In this document: piece by piece, positions 20,132 to 29,570 of the stretch
Position numbering within the stretch: the first letter of the stretch is position 1
Layout of the letters: every line of letters starts with the position of its first letter
DNA from: Deltaproteobacteria bacterium
GTDB lineage: Bacteria > Desulfobacterota > Syntrophobacteria > BM002
Assembly (NCBI GenBank): GCA_020347625.1
Contig: CP070735.1
Coordinates: forward strand, 2,628,902 to 2,691,010
Length of the DNA stretch: 62,109 bases
Direction of reading: 5' to 3'
The notes under the pieces: generated by a model
The model's input: only the letters and a program-made list of their open reading frames with translations
What the model was told of the DNA's origin: nothing
Databases searched by the model: none
Position numbers and translations under genes: made by a program

Positions 20132-20312
20132 CACGGAGAGACGGAGACACGACGACAACAAGACGCGGCGACGCGATGACACGGCGACACGGAGAGATTA
20201 CTAAAGCATAAGAAAGTTCTTTTCGAAGAGACAGTAATGAATCAGGATGGAAAAATCATAGAAGTTTTTCTTTTTCACCGCGTCTCCGTTTCCCCGCGCC
20301 CCCGTTTCGTTC
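20132..20312. repeat. heptamer-array hairpin element overlapping the lptE ORF start
   Basis: ACGGAGA GACGGAG ACACGAC...CGGCGAC ACGGAGA on the left. CGTCTCC GTTTCCC CGCGCCC CCGTTTC on the right. Confidence 0.75.
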
Positions 20313-20854
20313 CATTCTTCCGGATTTTCGGACTGCTGAGGCTTTACTTGGCCCTAATTGTCGGTTCTGTCGTTATCCTGAGTGTCGCGGGTTGCGGTTA
20401 CCACTTTGCCGGGACCGGTGGCCAGGCCCCGGGAAATATAAATAGCATTGCCGTTGATAATCTGCAAAACAGGACCGCCGAAGGGGGAATTGAGACGATC
20501 TTTACCAATGCCATAATCAATGAATTTATTCGCTGGAAAAGACTGGAGGTAAGGCCTCGTAGAGAGGCGGACGCGGTTATGGGGGGGAGTGTTGCCAGGA
20601 TTTCTACTTCTGTTGCTTCCCGCAGAGCCGCCAAGACAACCCTAACGACTCGTGTGACTGTTACCCTGTCTCTTACACTGACTGATGTCGACACCGAGGA
20701 GATTCTCTGGCAGAACAGATCGTTGAGCTATTACGAGGAGTATGTTGAGACGGGAGATGCACTGACTACCCGCAGATTGCGAACCGAGGCTATCCGTAGG
20801 ATAGCTGTCTGGCTGGCCGAAAAAATCCACCAAGATATATTCGAGGAATTTTGA
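20237..20854 (+). CDS. lptE: LPS-assembly lipoprotein LptE (RlpB-like)
   Basis: Lipobox LSVAGC. Conserved position after leuS. The first ~25 codons lie in a heptamer-repeat arm, so the real start is probably further downstream. Confidence 0.6.
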   Translation: MNQDGKIIEVFLFHRVSVSPRPRFVPFFRIFGLLRLYLALIVGSVVILSVAGCGYHFAGTGGQAPGNINSIAVDNLQNRTAEGGIETIFTNAIINEFIRWKRLEVRPRREADAVMGGSVARISTSVASRRAAKTTLTTRVTVTLSLTLTDVDTEEILWQNRSLSYYEEYVETGDALTTRRLRTEAIRRIAVWLAEKIHQDIFEEF

Positions 20855-20858
20855 AAAA

Positions 20859-21088
20859 TAGTCCGTAGTCCGTGGTCAGTGGTCCGTAGCCGGAAAGATT
20901 TCAAAGAAGGTGGACACAGTAAACTGGTATCTGAGCTGACAACACGATATGAGAAGGATCTATATTCTTGGTGTTGTGTCGGTCTGGCAGTAGAGGGAAG
21001 AACGTTGCTGATAGGGGGTAGGGTGCTTGTCCTCTTGTTACGAAAAAATAGATGCTAACGACGACGGACCACGGATCTCTGACAACCG
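20859..21088. repeat. heptamer-array hairpin element
   Basis: TAGTCCG TAGTCCG TGGTCAG TGGTCCG TAGCCGG on the left. CGACGAC GGACCAC GGATCTC on the right. An inner GACAACAC/GTGTTGTG hairpin is also present. Confidence 0.7.
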
Positions 21089-21091
21089 CCC

Positions 21092-21367
21092 CTATTGCTG
21101 CTCTACGCTAAGGGCGTGGACCTTCTTACTCAAGCGTGAAATCTTCCGCGCTGCAGTACGGTGATGTAACGTACCTTTGGATGCGGCCTGGTCAATAACA
21201 GGGATAGCCTTTTGAAGGGCTGCCTGTGCTTCCTCCACAGATTTCTTATCGAGGGCGGCTCGCACCTCTTTTATTACACTCTTGACTCTAGTTTTCACGG
21301 CTTTATTGCGCAGTCGCCGTTCTTCGCTTTGTTTGGCTCGTTTAATAGCAGACTTATGGGTGGCCAA
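21092..21367 (-). CDS. rpsT: 30S ribosomal protein S20
   Basis: MATHKSAIKRAKQSEERRLRNK N-terminus. Confidence 0.93.
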   Translation of the reverse strand: MATHKSAIKRAKQSEERRLRNKAVKTRVKSVIKEVRAALDKKSVEEAQAALQKAIPVIDQAASKGTLHHRTAARKISRLSKKVHALSVEQQ

Positions 21368-21505
21368 TTAAATTCCTCCTTTGCTTATCCTCCCAAGTAA
21401 CAAGCTAGATTATAAAATAAAATATTGCCCAAACTTAAGGACAATTGCGTCTTTTAACATTGCCCGTCCAAGGAAGTCAAGAATTATTCTTCGAGTCTAT
21501 CTGTA

Positions 21506-21964
21506 CTACTTGTTTTCGGATATTCTTGGGCGCAGGATTGCTATGGTTCCCAGAGCCTTGGCAGCGAGTTCGCCAGTCTCATCGTAAACCTCGCCTTCGA
21601 CCACGGCGCTGGAACGCCCACGATGCAATGCAATCCCCTTTGCCCTGATGGTCTGGTTAACCTCACGTACTGCCTTGATGAAGTTAATTTTCATCTCCTG
21701 ATGAAAATCAACTTCACCCCTTCTTTTAACCAGGGTGCGGGCAGCCACGAAAGTGGCCGCGTCTAGAAGCGCAAAAATGACTGTTCCCTGCAAAGTATCC
21801 CGATCATTCATAAACTCTTTTCTGAGCGGGAGCTGCATCTCACAAGTTCCCTCGCTTACCGATACAAGTTGGACACCCAGCCAGGAATAAAGTGGTTGAG
21901 AACCAGTTATTTCCCGGGCTCTCTTTAGAAACGCTTTCTCTCCCACCTTTTGAACTAAAGACAT
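21506..21964 (-). CDS. hotdog-fold thioesterase (PaaI family)
   Basis: Size and central GTVIFALLDAA..A segment are typical of PaaI/YbgC-like thioesterases. Confidence 0.65.
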   Translation of the reverse strand: MSLVQKVGEKAFLKRAREITGSQPLYSWLGVQLVSVSEGTCEMQLPLRKEFMNDRDTLQGTVIFALLDAATFVAARTLVKRRGEVDFHQEMKINFIKAVREVNQTIRAKGIALHRGRSSAVVEGEVYDETGELAAKALGTIAILRPRISENK

Positions 21965-21999
21965 GGCCAGTCTCTTCAGTATAGGTGTATGCTATGTGG

Positions 22000-22281
22000 T
22001 TACCATTTAAAGCGAACACCCATCCCGTGGGGTCCTCCTTGGTTCTCAGGGCTGGAGATGGTTGACCAGATAACTTCGGCAAAAACCTGCAGGGGTGAGC
22101 CGGTAGGGAGCTCAACGCTCAACAGAAGGCTTTCTTTGGGTTGCAGTGGCTCGTGGCAGCTAATGAAGGCGCCAAGGGTGCTGACGTCTCTCGTTTCTCC
22201 TTCCATGGTACCTTTGGAGGTAATCACCGTAACAGGCCATTCGACTCTTGATCTGTGATATAACCGCTTATCTACGTCCAT
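22000..22281 (-). CDS. PilZ domain protein (c-di-GMP receptor type)
   Basis: RLYHR (RxxxR) and DVSTLG (DxSxxG) motifs. The ATG at 22281 has an AAGAGG RBS. The ORF-track GTG start at 22308 lacks an RBS. Confidence 0.75.
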   Translation of the reverse strand: MDVDKRLYHRSRVEWPVTVITSKGTMEGETRDVSTLGAFISCHEPLQPKESLLLSVELPTGSPLQVFAEVIWSTISSPENQGGPHGMGVRFKW

Positions 22282-22381
22282 TTTAGCCTCTTGCGTCCGC
22301 TTTTGCACTGAGATTATAGTATGTCTCTGACCTCTACATGGTTTTGATCCAGTAAGAAATCAGTCTCTGAATCAGCTTATA

Positions 22382-22816
22382 CTAAAGCTTGGGGAGATCT
22401 TTTTGCAGTTCCTCTATATATGCCACAGCCCTTTCCAGTTCACTGGTAAGGTGGCGAATTTGAAGAACCGACTTTACCCGGATGGAGAGTTCAGCCATAT
22501 CAAAAGGCTTGTTTACAAAGTCGTCAGCTCCCATCTCCAGGGCTTCTATTTTGTTATCTTCGAACCCGGTTATCATGATCACTGGTATAAGTCTGGTTTC
22601 TTCCTTTTCCTTTAGTCTCTTGCAGACCTCTATCCCATCGATCCCGGGCATCTTTATGTCCAATATGATTGCCTGTGGATTTTCTGTTCCCGCCAGCTCT
22701 ATGGCTTCTTTCCCATCTGCGGCCAAAATTACTTCATATCCCTGGGCTGTTAGGAAGCTGTCTAGTAAGTCTCTTATTTCCTGTTCATCATCAACTACCA
22801 AGACCGTGTCAGCCAT
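22382..22816 (-). CDS. single-domain response regulator (CheY-like receiver)
   Basis: VLVVDDE, ILDIKMPGIDG and DDFVNKP motifs. AGGAGGGG RBS. Confidence 0.88.
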   Translation of the reverse strand: MADTVLVVDDEQEIRDLLDSFLTAQGYEVILAADGKEAIELAGTENPQAIILDIKMPGIDGIEVCKRLKEKEETRLIPVIMITGFEDNKIEALEMGADDFVNKPFDMAELSIRVKSVLQIRHLTSELERAVAYIEELQKDLPKL

Positions 22817-22971
22817 GGTGCCCCTCCTTTTCTGGCGGCAGAATCACTGGCGTTCACGAAACATTGTTCTGCTCCATGCGGATAACGTGCGCCGGGTCCT
22901 TGGGAAAAGACTAGGTCAGCATAATGGAGGTCTGCTCAGAGGGCAAGAGAAAACATTATGGTGCGACGAAG

Positions 22972-23040
22972 ACAGATTTCAGATTCTAGATTGTAGATTG
23001 CAGATTGCAGAATGGTGTTGTGAGAAGAGGGAAGATAATC
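22972..23040. repeat. heptamer array
   Basis: CAGATTT CAGATTC TAGATTG TAGATTG CAGATTG CAGAATG. Confidence 0.8.
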
Positions 23041-23074
23041 TCGTGAGGCTTCTAAAGTGATGATGACCAATTCT

Positions 23075-23437
23075 TTACAACCGGCGTCGATCAATTTTAA
23101 CGTAACGGTTCTGTACCAGGCTGCGAAGAAAACGGAGGTCGTTCTCGGAAATTTGCGTGAACTGAATGCCCACTCCGTAAGAAGGACTATCTTCGCTAGG
23201 GGTGAGAGTCGTAGACCTGACCACCTTACCGCTAACATTTATTGGCTGGTGGCCGGGGGCTTTAATAACGATGCGAAGATTTTCTTTCAGGGGCGGTACG
23301 TCTTTGCATGAGACAAGCGCGCCAGAGGGACTGACATTTTCTGTCTCTCCCCCTGTTTTGTCTTTGGCAGCCAAGAAAGTCACCGGCCACTTTACATCAG
23401 CTCTGGAGTATCGCCTTCTTTCACGAAAAGCAGACAT
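23075..23437 (-). CDS. PilZ domain protein
   Basis: RRYSR and NVSPSG motifs. The ATG at 23437 was chosen because the upstream part of the ORF runs into a GCATRGG repeat array. Confidence 0.7.
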   Translation of the reverse strand: MSAFRERRRYSRADVKWPVTFLAAKDKTGGETENVSPSGALVSCKDVPPLKENLRIVIKAPGHQPINVSGKVVRSTTLTPSEDSPSYGVGIQFTQISENDLRFLRSLVQNRYVKIDRRRL

Positions 23438-23575
23438 GTTTCGAGCCCTTATTTTTTTCTTTAGAGCAGGGTTAAGAGTCGAGGTAACTTGTGCCGGAAG
23501 CAAGTTTGCACAATGAGCTAAGGGGTATTTTACCATAAAATTCTCATTGGTTAAATAAGGAGTCAGTATAACTGA

Positions 23576-23700
23576 GCATGGGGCATAGGGCATGGGGCAT
23601 AGGGCAAATTCAGAAATCCTTCGCTCTAATCCCTTTGCTTTTTCGCTTTACGCTATGCGCTATGCGCTATGCGACCCTCAATCTGCAATCTGAAATCCCT
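23576..23700. repeat. heptamer-array hairpin element
   Basis: GCATGGG GCATAGG GCATGGG GCATAGG GCAAATTCAGAAATCCTTC...CTATGCG x3 ACCCTCA ATCTGCA ATCTGAA. Confidence 0.85.
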
Positions 23701-23779
23701 CTTTGAGCTGGCCCAGAGGCAAGCTTTCTGTGACTAAATAAAAAGGACTTAGACTGTTCATCTAAGTCCGTGTTTTCAT

Positions 23780-23855
23780 TGGAGCGGGAGACGGGTTTCG
23801 AACCCGCAACCCTCAGCTTGGAAGGCTGATGCTCTGCCAGTTGAGCTACTCCCGC
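23780..23855 (-). tRNA. tRNA-Gly (anticodon TCC)
   Basis: Reverse complement reads GCGGGAGTAGCTCAACTGGCAGAGC..TCAGC-CTTCCAA-GCTGA..GGTTCGAAACCCGTCTCCCGCTCCA. Confidence 0.9.
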
Positions 23856-24007
23856 TCAGGGCAAATTATGAACCAACTTATAGCACGGCAGGTACGATTA
23901 GATCAACAGGGAATATCCCCATTTCAGTTTGCAACAGGCAGTCAGCAGCGGGCCGTATCATCGGACAGCGTCGAGTCATACGGAGTCTCTTTCCACCGCA
24001 AAAGATC

Positions 24008-24036
24008 TTGACAGTCAACCACCTAACTGTTAGTAA
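24008..24036 (+). promoter_or_regulatory. candidate promoter of tRNA-Cys
   Basis: TTGACA (24008-24013), 17-nt spacer, TAGTAA (24031-24036). The tRNA starts about 10 nt downstream. Confidence 0.35.
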
Positions 24037-24046
24037 TGATTGAAAA

Positions 24047-24122
24047 GGCGGCATGGCCAAGTGGCTAAGGCAACGGTCTGCAAAACCGTTATTCCCCGGT
24101 TCGAATCCGGGTGCCGCCTCCA
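24047..24122 (+). tRNA. tRNA-Cys (anticodon GCA)
   Basis: GGCGGCATGGCCAAGTGGCTAAGGC-ACGGT-CTGCAAA-ACCGT..GGTTCGAATCCGGGTGCCGCCTCCA. Confidence 0.9.
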
Positions 24123-24205
24123 GACAATTCAGGGGGTTAGGCGGCTTAGCCTAACCCCTTTTCAGTACAATCTGAAAAGGGACTTCTACCATTACTTGGT
24201 GCATT

Positions 24206-24787
24206 ATGGACGAGTATGGATCTCACAACTCCGAGGGCCCAGAACCTGTGCAACCTGTGGCCAGCGGGACAGGACTCATCAGGGGATTTCTGTCAACCGC
24301 CAAGGCGGTACTTCTAAGTCCGCGCAGGTTTTTTCCAGCTATGCCGGTGGAAGGCGGACTTCTGGGTCCCTACGTCTTCTTCCTGTTTTGCACGGTGTTT
24401 GCTTTTCTACTCTCTCTCGGCCTGACTGTAGCCGCATCCAAGACTATTTCTCCTTGGATCCTCCTTATGATGCTAGCGGCACTGACCATGCCATTTGTGA
24501 GCGCCGCGATTTTGAACCTGCTTTTTACCAAGCTATTGCGAAAAAGCGGCTCCTACGAGGCTACGTTCAGGGTGGTTTGCTATGCCAGTGCGGTTAACCT
24601 GTTTGCCTGGATTCCGGCTGTTTTTGTTATTCTCCTCTTTCAGTTTTACGAAATCTACCTTTCTGCTTTGGGGTTGAGCATTGTCCACAGAACCAGTCTG
24701 GGGCAAGCCCTTATGGTTGTTGTTGGGACGCTGCTTACTCTTTCCTTGGTGGTAACCTTTGTGGCAAGAGTCCTATTTCCCCTCTGA
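24206..24787 (+). CDS. Yip1-family integral membrane protein
   Basis: Soluble N-terminus followed by about five TM helices, with a Yip1-like layout. Confidence 0.55.
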   Translation: MDEYGSHNSEGPEPVQPVASGTGLIRGFLSTAKAVLLSPRRFFPAMPVEGGLLGPYVFFLFCTVFAFLLSLGLTVAASKTISPWILLMMLAALTMPFVSAAILNLLFTKLLRKSGSYEATFRVVCYASAVNLFAWIPAVFVILLFQFYEIYLSALGLSIVHRTSLGQALMVVVGTLLTLSLVVTFVARVLFPL

Positions 24788-25002
24788 AAGACAGTCCAGC
24801 CCGCGGTGTGTTAAGTCGTACGATTTATTTGAGCAAAGAAAACCTGGCCCATCGATGATCCCGCCCTGAGGGGAAGAACCAGGTTTTCTTTTCCCAAATA
24901 AGGCGTATGATTGGAAGCAGAGTATAGGTTGGAAACAAATATACAGGTAAACAGGCTAGACCGGCTAAACCAATTGGCTGAATAGAGACTGGGGAGGATG
25001 TC

Positions 25003-25545
25003 ATGCAGTGGTCCATCAGGGACAGGCAAATAGTTCTGCTGCAAGGAGATATCACCGAGATGGATACAGATGCCATCGTCAACGCTGCCAACAAGGACTT
25101 GGTTCTGGGAGCAGGTGTAGCTGGCGCCATACGCACCAAAGGAGGCCCTAGTATCCAAGAAGAGTGTAACCGGATAGGTGGTGCTCCGGTGGGAGGGGCA
25201 GCAATAACCACCGGTGGTAATCTCACGGCTAGATATGTAATCCATGCAGTTGGTCCCCGAATGGGGGAGGGTGATGAGGACCGGAAACTGGCGGATGCCA
25301 CCCGGAACAGCTTGAAACTTGCCCATGAAAAAGGGTTGGCAAGCATTGCTTTCCCAGCCATTAGCACCGGGATATTCGGATTTCCTAAAGACCGATGCGC
25401 CAGGATCATGCTTTCAACTGTGGCTGAAAGCTTGAAAAGCGAGGATTTAACTCTAAAACAAGTGGTGTTCTGCCTTTGGGGCGAGGAGACATTGCAGATA
25501 TTTGATGCAGCTGCTAGGGAGTTATTTTCAGGGGAAGATGGGTGA
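25003..25545 (+). CDS. macro domain protein (O-acetyl-ADP-ribose deacetylase, YmdB-like)
   Basis: GDITEMDTDAIVNAAN, GAGVAGAI and AFPAISTGIFGFP motifs. GGGAGGA RBS. Confidence 0.88.
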   Translation: MQWSIRDRQIVLLQGDITEMDTDAIVNAANKDLVLGAGVAGAIRTKGGPSIQEECNRIGGAPVGGAAITTGGNLTARYVIHAVGPRMGEGDEDRKLADATRNSLKLAHEKGLASIAFPAISTGIFGFPKDRCARIMLSTVAESLKSEDLTLKQVVFCLWGEETLQIFDAAARELFSGEDG

Positions 25546-25547
25546 GG

Positions 25548-25945
25548 GGGGATTGTGGATTGCGGATTGAGGGTCGCAGAGAGCAGAGCGCATAGCGCAT
25601 AGCGACAAAGCATGGGGCATGGGGCATGGAGCATGGAGCATAGAGTAAGGAATAAGGAGTGAGGAGTCGGGAGTCAGAATCCAGGAGACAAGCAAACAAG
25701 AGTAATTCGCCCTTAACTACTGGCTACTGACTACTGACTACTGGATTCTTTGATGTAGGATGTGGGATTGCGGATTGCAGATTTCGGATTTGGGAATTCA
25801 GGGAGTATTGTACGTCATTATGTTCCGCTGTCAGTTTTTGTAAATGCCTGCGTGCACAGCGTTTTTTGAGCAGCCGGCTGCTAGCTGTCCGCTGCCTGCT
25901 GGGCAAAACGTCTTACTGCCTACTATCTACTGTCTACTGTCTACT
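25548..25945. repeat. composite heptamer-array element (copy B, about 400 nt)
   Basis: GGATTG units, GCATAGC x2, CATGGGG/CATGGAG x4, TAAGGAA.., core GAGTAATTCGCCC, GCTACTG ACTACTG x2, GGATTGC x2, later CTGCCTG../CTACTGT x2. Confidence 0.85.
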
Positions 25946-26312
25946 TACCCACGCCCGTGAGTTCCGCGAACTGCTCCTGGGAGATCTGCGAGATGCTTTT
26001 GCCAATGCTAAATATGAGTGAGGATTCTGTGCGCGGCTCGAATACTTTACCGACCTGAATTACGGGATCTCTAAGCCAGAGGAAGTAATCCTCGAAGAAG
26101 CAAAGAGCTAGATCAACATTTTCAGTATCCGCGAGCATTTCGGCAAAGGCCAGGTTTCTAATAAGAGCTCTGCCCCTAAGTTGTTTTTGTCCCTTTTTGT
26201 CCAACCAGACTTCGAAAGTGGCATTTCGCAGTGGCAATCGATTCTTTTTCGTGTCAGCGTCTACTAGATAAGCTTGGTCAACTTCGTAGAGTCCTTCTGG
26301 TAAATCGATCAT
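25941..26312 (-). CDS. hypothetical protein
   Basis: ORF with a GGAGAG RBS before the ATG at 26312 (alternative start 26357). No family recognised. Confidence 0.45.
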   Translation of the reverse strand: MIDLPEGLYEVDQAYLVDADTKKNRLPLRNATFEVWLDKKGQKQLRGRALIRNLAFAEMLADTENVDLALCFFEDYFLWLRDPVIQVGKVFEPRTESSLIFSIGKSISQISQEQFAELTGVGK

Positions 26313-26399
26313 TGTTGTCTCTCCAAATTTAGGCAGTGGTAATTTCGCATTTTTCATTTACCATTCTTTTGAAACATTGTTATAAGTTCCACCGCCTCG

Positions 26400-26528
26400 A
26401 TCTGCAATGTTAAATGCGAAATGAGAAATACTATCGCCGCGTCACCGCGTCACCGTATCAATACGCTACGCCTGGTGCACAGTTCCTAGTGCCTAGTGCC
26501 TAGTGCTTACTGCGCAAAGCATAGAGCG
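26400..26528. repeat. heptamer arrays (several families in series)
   Basis: ATCTGCA ATGTTAA ATGCGAA ATGAGAA; CGCGTCA CCGCGTC ACC; TCCTAGT GCCTAGT GCCTAGT GCTTACT. Confidence 0.8.
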
Positions 26529-26529
26529 C

Positions 26530-27333
26530 TTACGCCGAGACGTTACCACCCAATGTCTCTTTAATAATCTTCAGCAAGAATTCGTGTAGAGCCTGATTGC
26601 CGGCAACCACATCTCCTGTCCAGATGTGGTCTCCACCTCCGGTGAAATCCGAGATAGATCCACCCGCTTCCTTCACCAATAGGTGCCCTGCAGCAATGTC
26701 CCAGGGACTGAGGCCGAGCTCCCAGTATCCTTCACAGCGACCGCAGGCCACATAAGCAAGGTCAAGAGCGGCTGCCCCACTCCGGCGGATATCGCTCACC
26801 CGTTTGAACACCTGAGTGAATCCCTTGAGATAGACGGACAGAATAGATTTTTCTCTCCAGGGAAAAGCGGTGGCCACCAGTGCTTCTTTTAGCTTCTGGC
26901 GAGTGGAAACCGCTATGGGGTGTCCATTGAGGGTTGCGCCTTGACCCTTCTGAGCAAAAAAAAGCTCATTTCGACAAGGATCATAAACCGCAGCCAAGAC
27001 CACTGCACCCTTATGCTCCAAGGCGATGCTTACTGCAAAAACCGGGAAGCCATGGATGAAGTTGGTGGTTCCGTCCAATGGGTCCACCAGCCAGCGGGTC
27101 ACGCTCTGGCCGGGAATTGTTCTGTCTTCTTCTGCTAGAATGTCATGTTCCGGATGGCGACTTCGGATTAGCCGGATAATTGCCTCTTGTGCTGCCAGGT
27201 CCGCCTCAGTTACGAAATCGAAGCTGCCCTTGGACTGCACATGTAAAGTTTTAAACCTGTTGTGGTAATCCAGAAGAATACCGCCAGCCTCCTTGACACA
27301 GTCCACAAGAGTCTTTGTTAGTTGCTCGTTCAT
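26530..27333 (-). CDS. suhB: inositol monophosphatase family protein (SuhB-like)
   Basis: WLVDPLDGTTNF and AAGHLLVKEAGG motifs. Confidence 0.88.
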   Translation of the reverse strand: MNEQLTKTLVDCVKEAGGILLDYHNRFKTLHVQSKGSFDFVTEADLAAQEAIIRLIRSRHPEHDILAEEDRTIPGQSVTRWLVDPLDGTTNFIHGFPVFAVSIALEHKGAVVLAAVYDPCRNELFFAQKGQGATLNGHPIAVSTRQKLKEALVATAFPWREKSILSVYLKGFTQVFKRVSDIRRSGAAALDLAYVACGRCEGYWELGLSPWDIAAGHLLVKEAGGSISDFTGGGDHIWTGDVVAGNQALHEFLLKIIKETLGGNVSA

Positions 27334-27393
27334 CGTTCCCCCAAGAGTAGTCTAGGACAGCATACTACCAGGATTGATATGTTGACAAATGAT

Positions 27394-27462
27394 TTTGCAT
27401 TTCGGATTTGGGATTTGAGATGTGGGATGTGAGGTGTGCAATGCGAAATGAGAAATGCGAAA
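27394..27462. repeat. heptamer arrays
   Basis: TGCATTT CGGATTT GGGATTT GAGATGT GGGATGT GAGGTGT GCAATGC GAAATGA GAAATGC. Confidence 0.8.
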
Positions 27463-27572
27463 GGTTCAATGAAGTTGATCTTTTCGCCCATGTTGTGGTA
27501 AAGTCCACCCCACCAGGTGGATACGGCATACCACTTGGTATTCCTGTCAACTGAGAGAGACTTGACCCAACC

Positions 27573-27977
27573 ATGATCATCTATGATTTGCGGTGCGCCA
27601 ACAACCATAGATTTGAGGGCTGGTTTGATAGTGGCGACGATCTGGAGTGTCAGCTGGCTCAAGGACAAGTCGCCTGCCCCTACTGCGACGATATTTGTAT
27701 AGAAAGAGTTCTGTCTCCTGTGTCTATACAGAAAAAGGGTGCGGCAACTCGGGAGTTGGAGAGCACTTTCCAGGCATGGCGAAGATTATGTGACTACGTC
27801 CAGGAAAATTTCGAAGACGTAGGCCACAATTTCGCCCGAGAAGCCTTGAAGGTACACCACGGCCAGACCGAGGAGCGTAATATTAGGGGGGTCACTACGG
27901 AAGGAGAAGAAAAAATGCTCGAGGAGGAGGGCGTTCCTTTCGTAAAAATTCCCATGCCGCAGCAGTTGGATAGTTAA
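27573..27977 (+). CDS. DUF1178 family protein
   Basis: MIIYDLRCANNHRFEGWF...CPYC N-terminal zinc-ribbon pattern is typical of DUF1178. Confidence 0.7.
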   Translation: MIIYDLRCANNHRFEGWFDSGDDLECQLAQGQVACPYCDDICIERVLSPVSIQKKGAATRELESTFQAWRRLCDYVQENFEDVGHNFAREALKVHHGQTEERNIRGVTTEGEEKMLEEEGVPFVKIPMPQQLDS

Positions 27978-28144
27978 TTGTGATTCCTTTTTTCTCCAGA
28001 CCAAAACACCGTATCCCAACGGTATCCGACGCATTGCGGTTTCATCTCATGAGTCCCTTTTGTTCTTGCTTGAGCGCTATAAAGGCAGGAAGACTGTACT
28101 AGGTGTCATTTTTCGTTCTATATCGATCTTTGACGGGCTGATCT

Positions 28145-28660
28145 ATGGAAAATGTTCTCCTGCTCAACGCGACCTACGAACCACTTCGTGTAATTTCCTG
28201 GAAAAGGGCTGTTACTCTCCTGACCCTCGGAAAGGTTGAGGTGCTGGAAACCTATGAGAGGGAGGTGAGATCGGTCACCCTCGCTATCAGGTTGCCTGCT
28301 GTAGTCAGACTCTTGCATCTTGTTCGCTTTCGAAATCATACCATCCGTTTTTCCCGGCAAAACATTTATATTCGTGACAAGTACAAGTGCCAGTACTGCG
28401 GCAGGAAGATGGATCCCTGTGACCTGACCTACGACCATGTGATACCTAAATCCATGGGTGGCAAAACAGCCTGGGAGAACATTGTCACTTGCTGCTTGCC
28501 TTGCAACAAGAGGAAAGGAGGGCGTACTCCGACGCAGGCAAAGATGCATTTGATTCGCAAAGCAAGAAGACCTAGCTGGCACCCAATGTTGATGATAACT
28601 CTGAGAATCAGAAATACGCCCGAATCTTGGCGGGATTATCTCTTTTGGCATTCGGCGTGA
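28145..28660 (+). CDS. HNH endonuclease
   Basis: CQYCGRK...DHVIPKSMGG..WENIVTCCLPCNKRKG HNH core. Confidence 0.85.
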   Translation: MENVLLLNATYEPLRVISWKRAVTLLTLGKVEVLETYEREVRSVTLAIRLPAVVRLLHLVRFRNHTIRFSRQNIYIRDKYKCQYCGRKMDPCDLTYDHVIPKSMGGKTAWENIVTCCLPCNKRKGGRTPTQAKMHLIRKARRPSWHPMLMITLRIRNTPESWRDYLFWHSA

Positions 28661-28680
28661 GGGGTGGCGATACTCCCAAA

Positions 28681-29529
28681 ATGATCATCGACTCACACAC
28701 GCATATTTTCCCCCCTTTTGTTAGACAAGACCGCGATCCTTTTATTGAAGTAGAGCCAGCTTTTCGACTTCTCTACAGTTCACCCAAAGCAAAGCTCGCA
28801 GGAGCCGCCGCTCTAATTGAGGCGATGGACCGGTCCGGAGTTGATCGAAGTGTTGTCTTTGGTTTTCCCTGGAGTGATCCCGAACTCATGCGGAGGCACA
28901 ATGACTATGTGGGGGAAGTATCCAGTCGATTCTCAGAGCGTCTACTGCCGTTTGTCTGCGTTAATCCCAAGGCTCCCCAGGCCATAGAAGAGGTGGAGCG
29001 CTGTCTGGCCGGCGGTATGTATGGAGTAGGGGAGTTAGCCTTTTACACTGAGGAATTGAATGCAGCGGTTACGAAAACCCTGGAGCCAATTGCATCTTGC
29101 TGCCGCACCTACCAGGTGCCGCTGATGCTTCATGCCAATGAACCAGTGGGACACCATTACCCCGGCAAGGCTGAGATACTGCTAAAGGCTCTCTATGAGC
29201 TAATTCGAAACTTTCCTGATAATCGATTTATTTTGGCTCACTGGGGCGGGGGACTCTTTATGTACGAGTTGCTGAGAAAAGAGACGAAACAGGTTCTCTC
29301 CCAGGTTGCTTACGACACTGCTGCGTCCCCATTCCTCTATGATCCCGAAATCTATGCTGTGGCAGTAAAAATAGTGGGTGCACAGCGAATTCTCTTTGGC
29401 AGCGATTACCCGCTTATAACACCAGATCGATATTTTGAAGAAATGTCTACGGCGGGTCTGTCGGATGAAGATCAAGGCTGGATAAAAGGGCGGTCAGCAA
29501 GCAACTGGTTGAACCTTGAGAAAGTGTAG
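28681..29529 (+). CDS. amidohydrolase-2 family metal-dependent hydrolase
   Basis: MIIDSHTHIFPP N-terminus and a TIM-barrel hydrolase pattern (..HANE.., ..GSDYP). Internal ATG chosen. Confidence 0.75.
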   Translation: MIIDSHTHIFPPFVRQDRDPFIEVEPAFRLLYSSPKAKLAGAAALIEAMDRSGVDRSVVFGFPWSDPELMRRHNDYVGEVSSRFSERLLPFVCVNPKAPQAIEEVERCLAGGMYGVGELAFYTEELNAAVTKTLEPIASCCRTYQVPLMLHANEPVGHHYPGKAEILLKALYELIRNFPDNRFILAHWGGGLFMYELLRKETKQVLSQVAYDTAASPFLYDPEIYAVAVKIVGAQRILFGSDYPLITPDRYFEEMSTAGLSDEDQGWIKGRSASNWLNLEKV

Positions 29530-29570
29530 CTCCGTGCAAGGATTCATGTAAGGTTTAAGGAGGATACGGT

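Noticed and set aside
22482-23060. 192-aa plus-strand ORF
   Set aside because: It is antisense to the CheY-like response regulator and runs into a heptamer array, with no motif support.
24811-25634. 171-aa and 269-aa minus-strand ORFs overlapping the macro-domain gene
   Set aside because: They overlap a well-supported plus-strand gene. Their N-termini are translated from GCATGG/GCATAG heptamer arrays (MLHAPCPMLCRYALC...), so they are repeat-derived artefacts.
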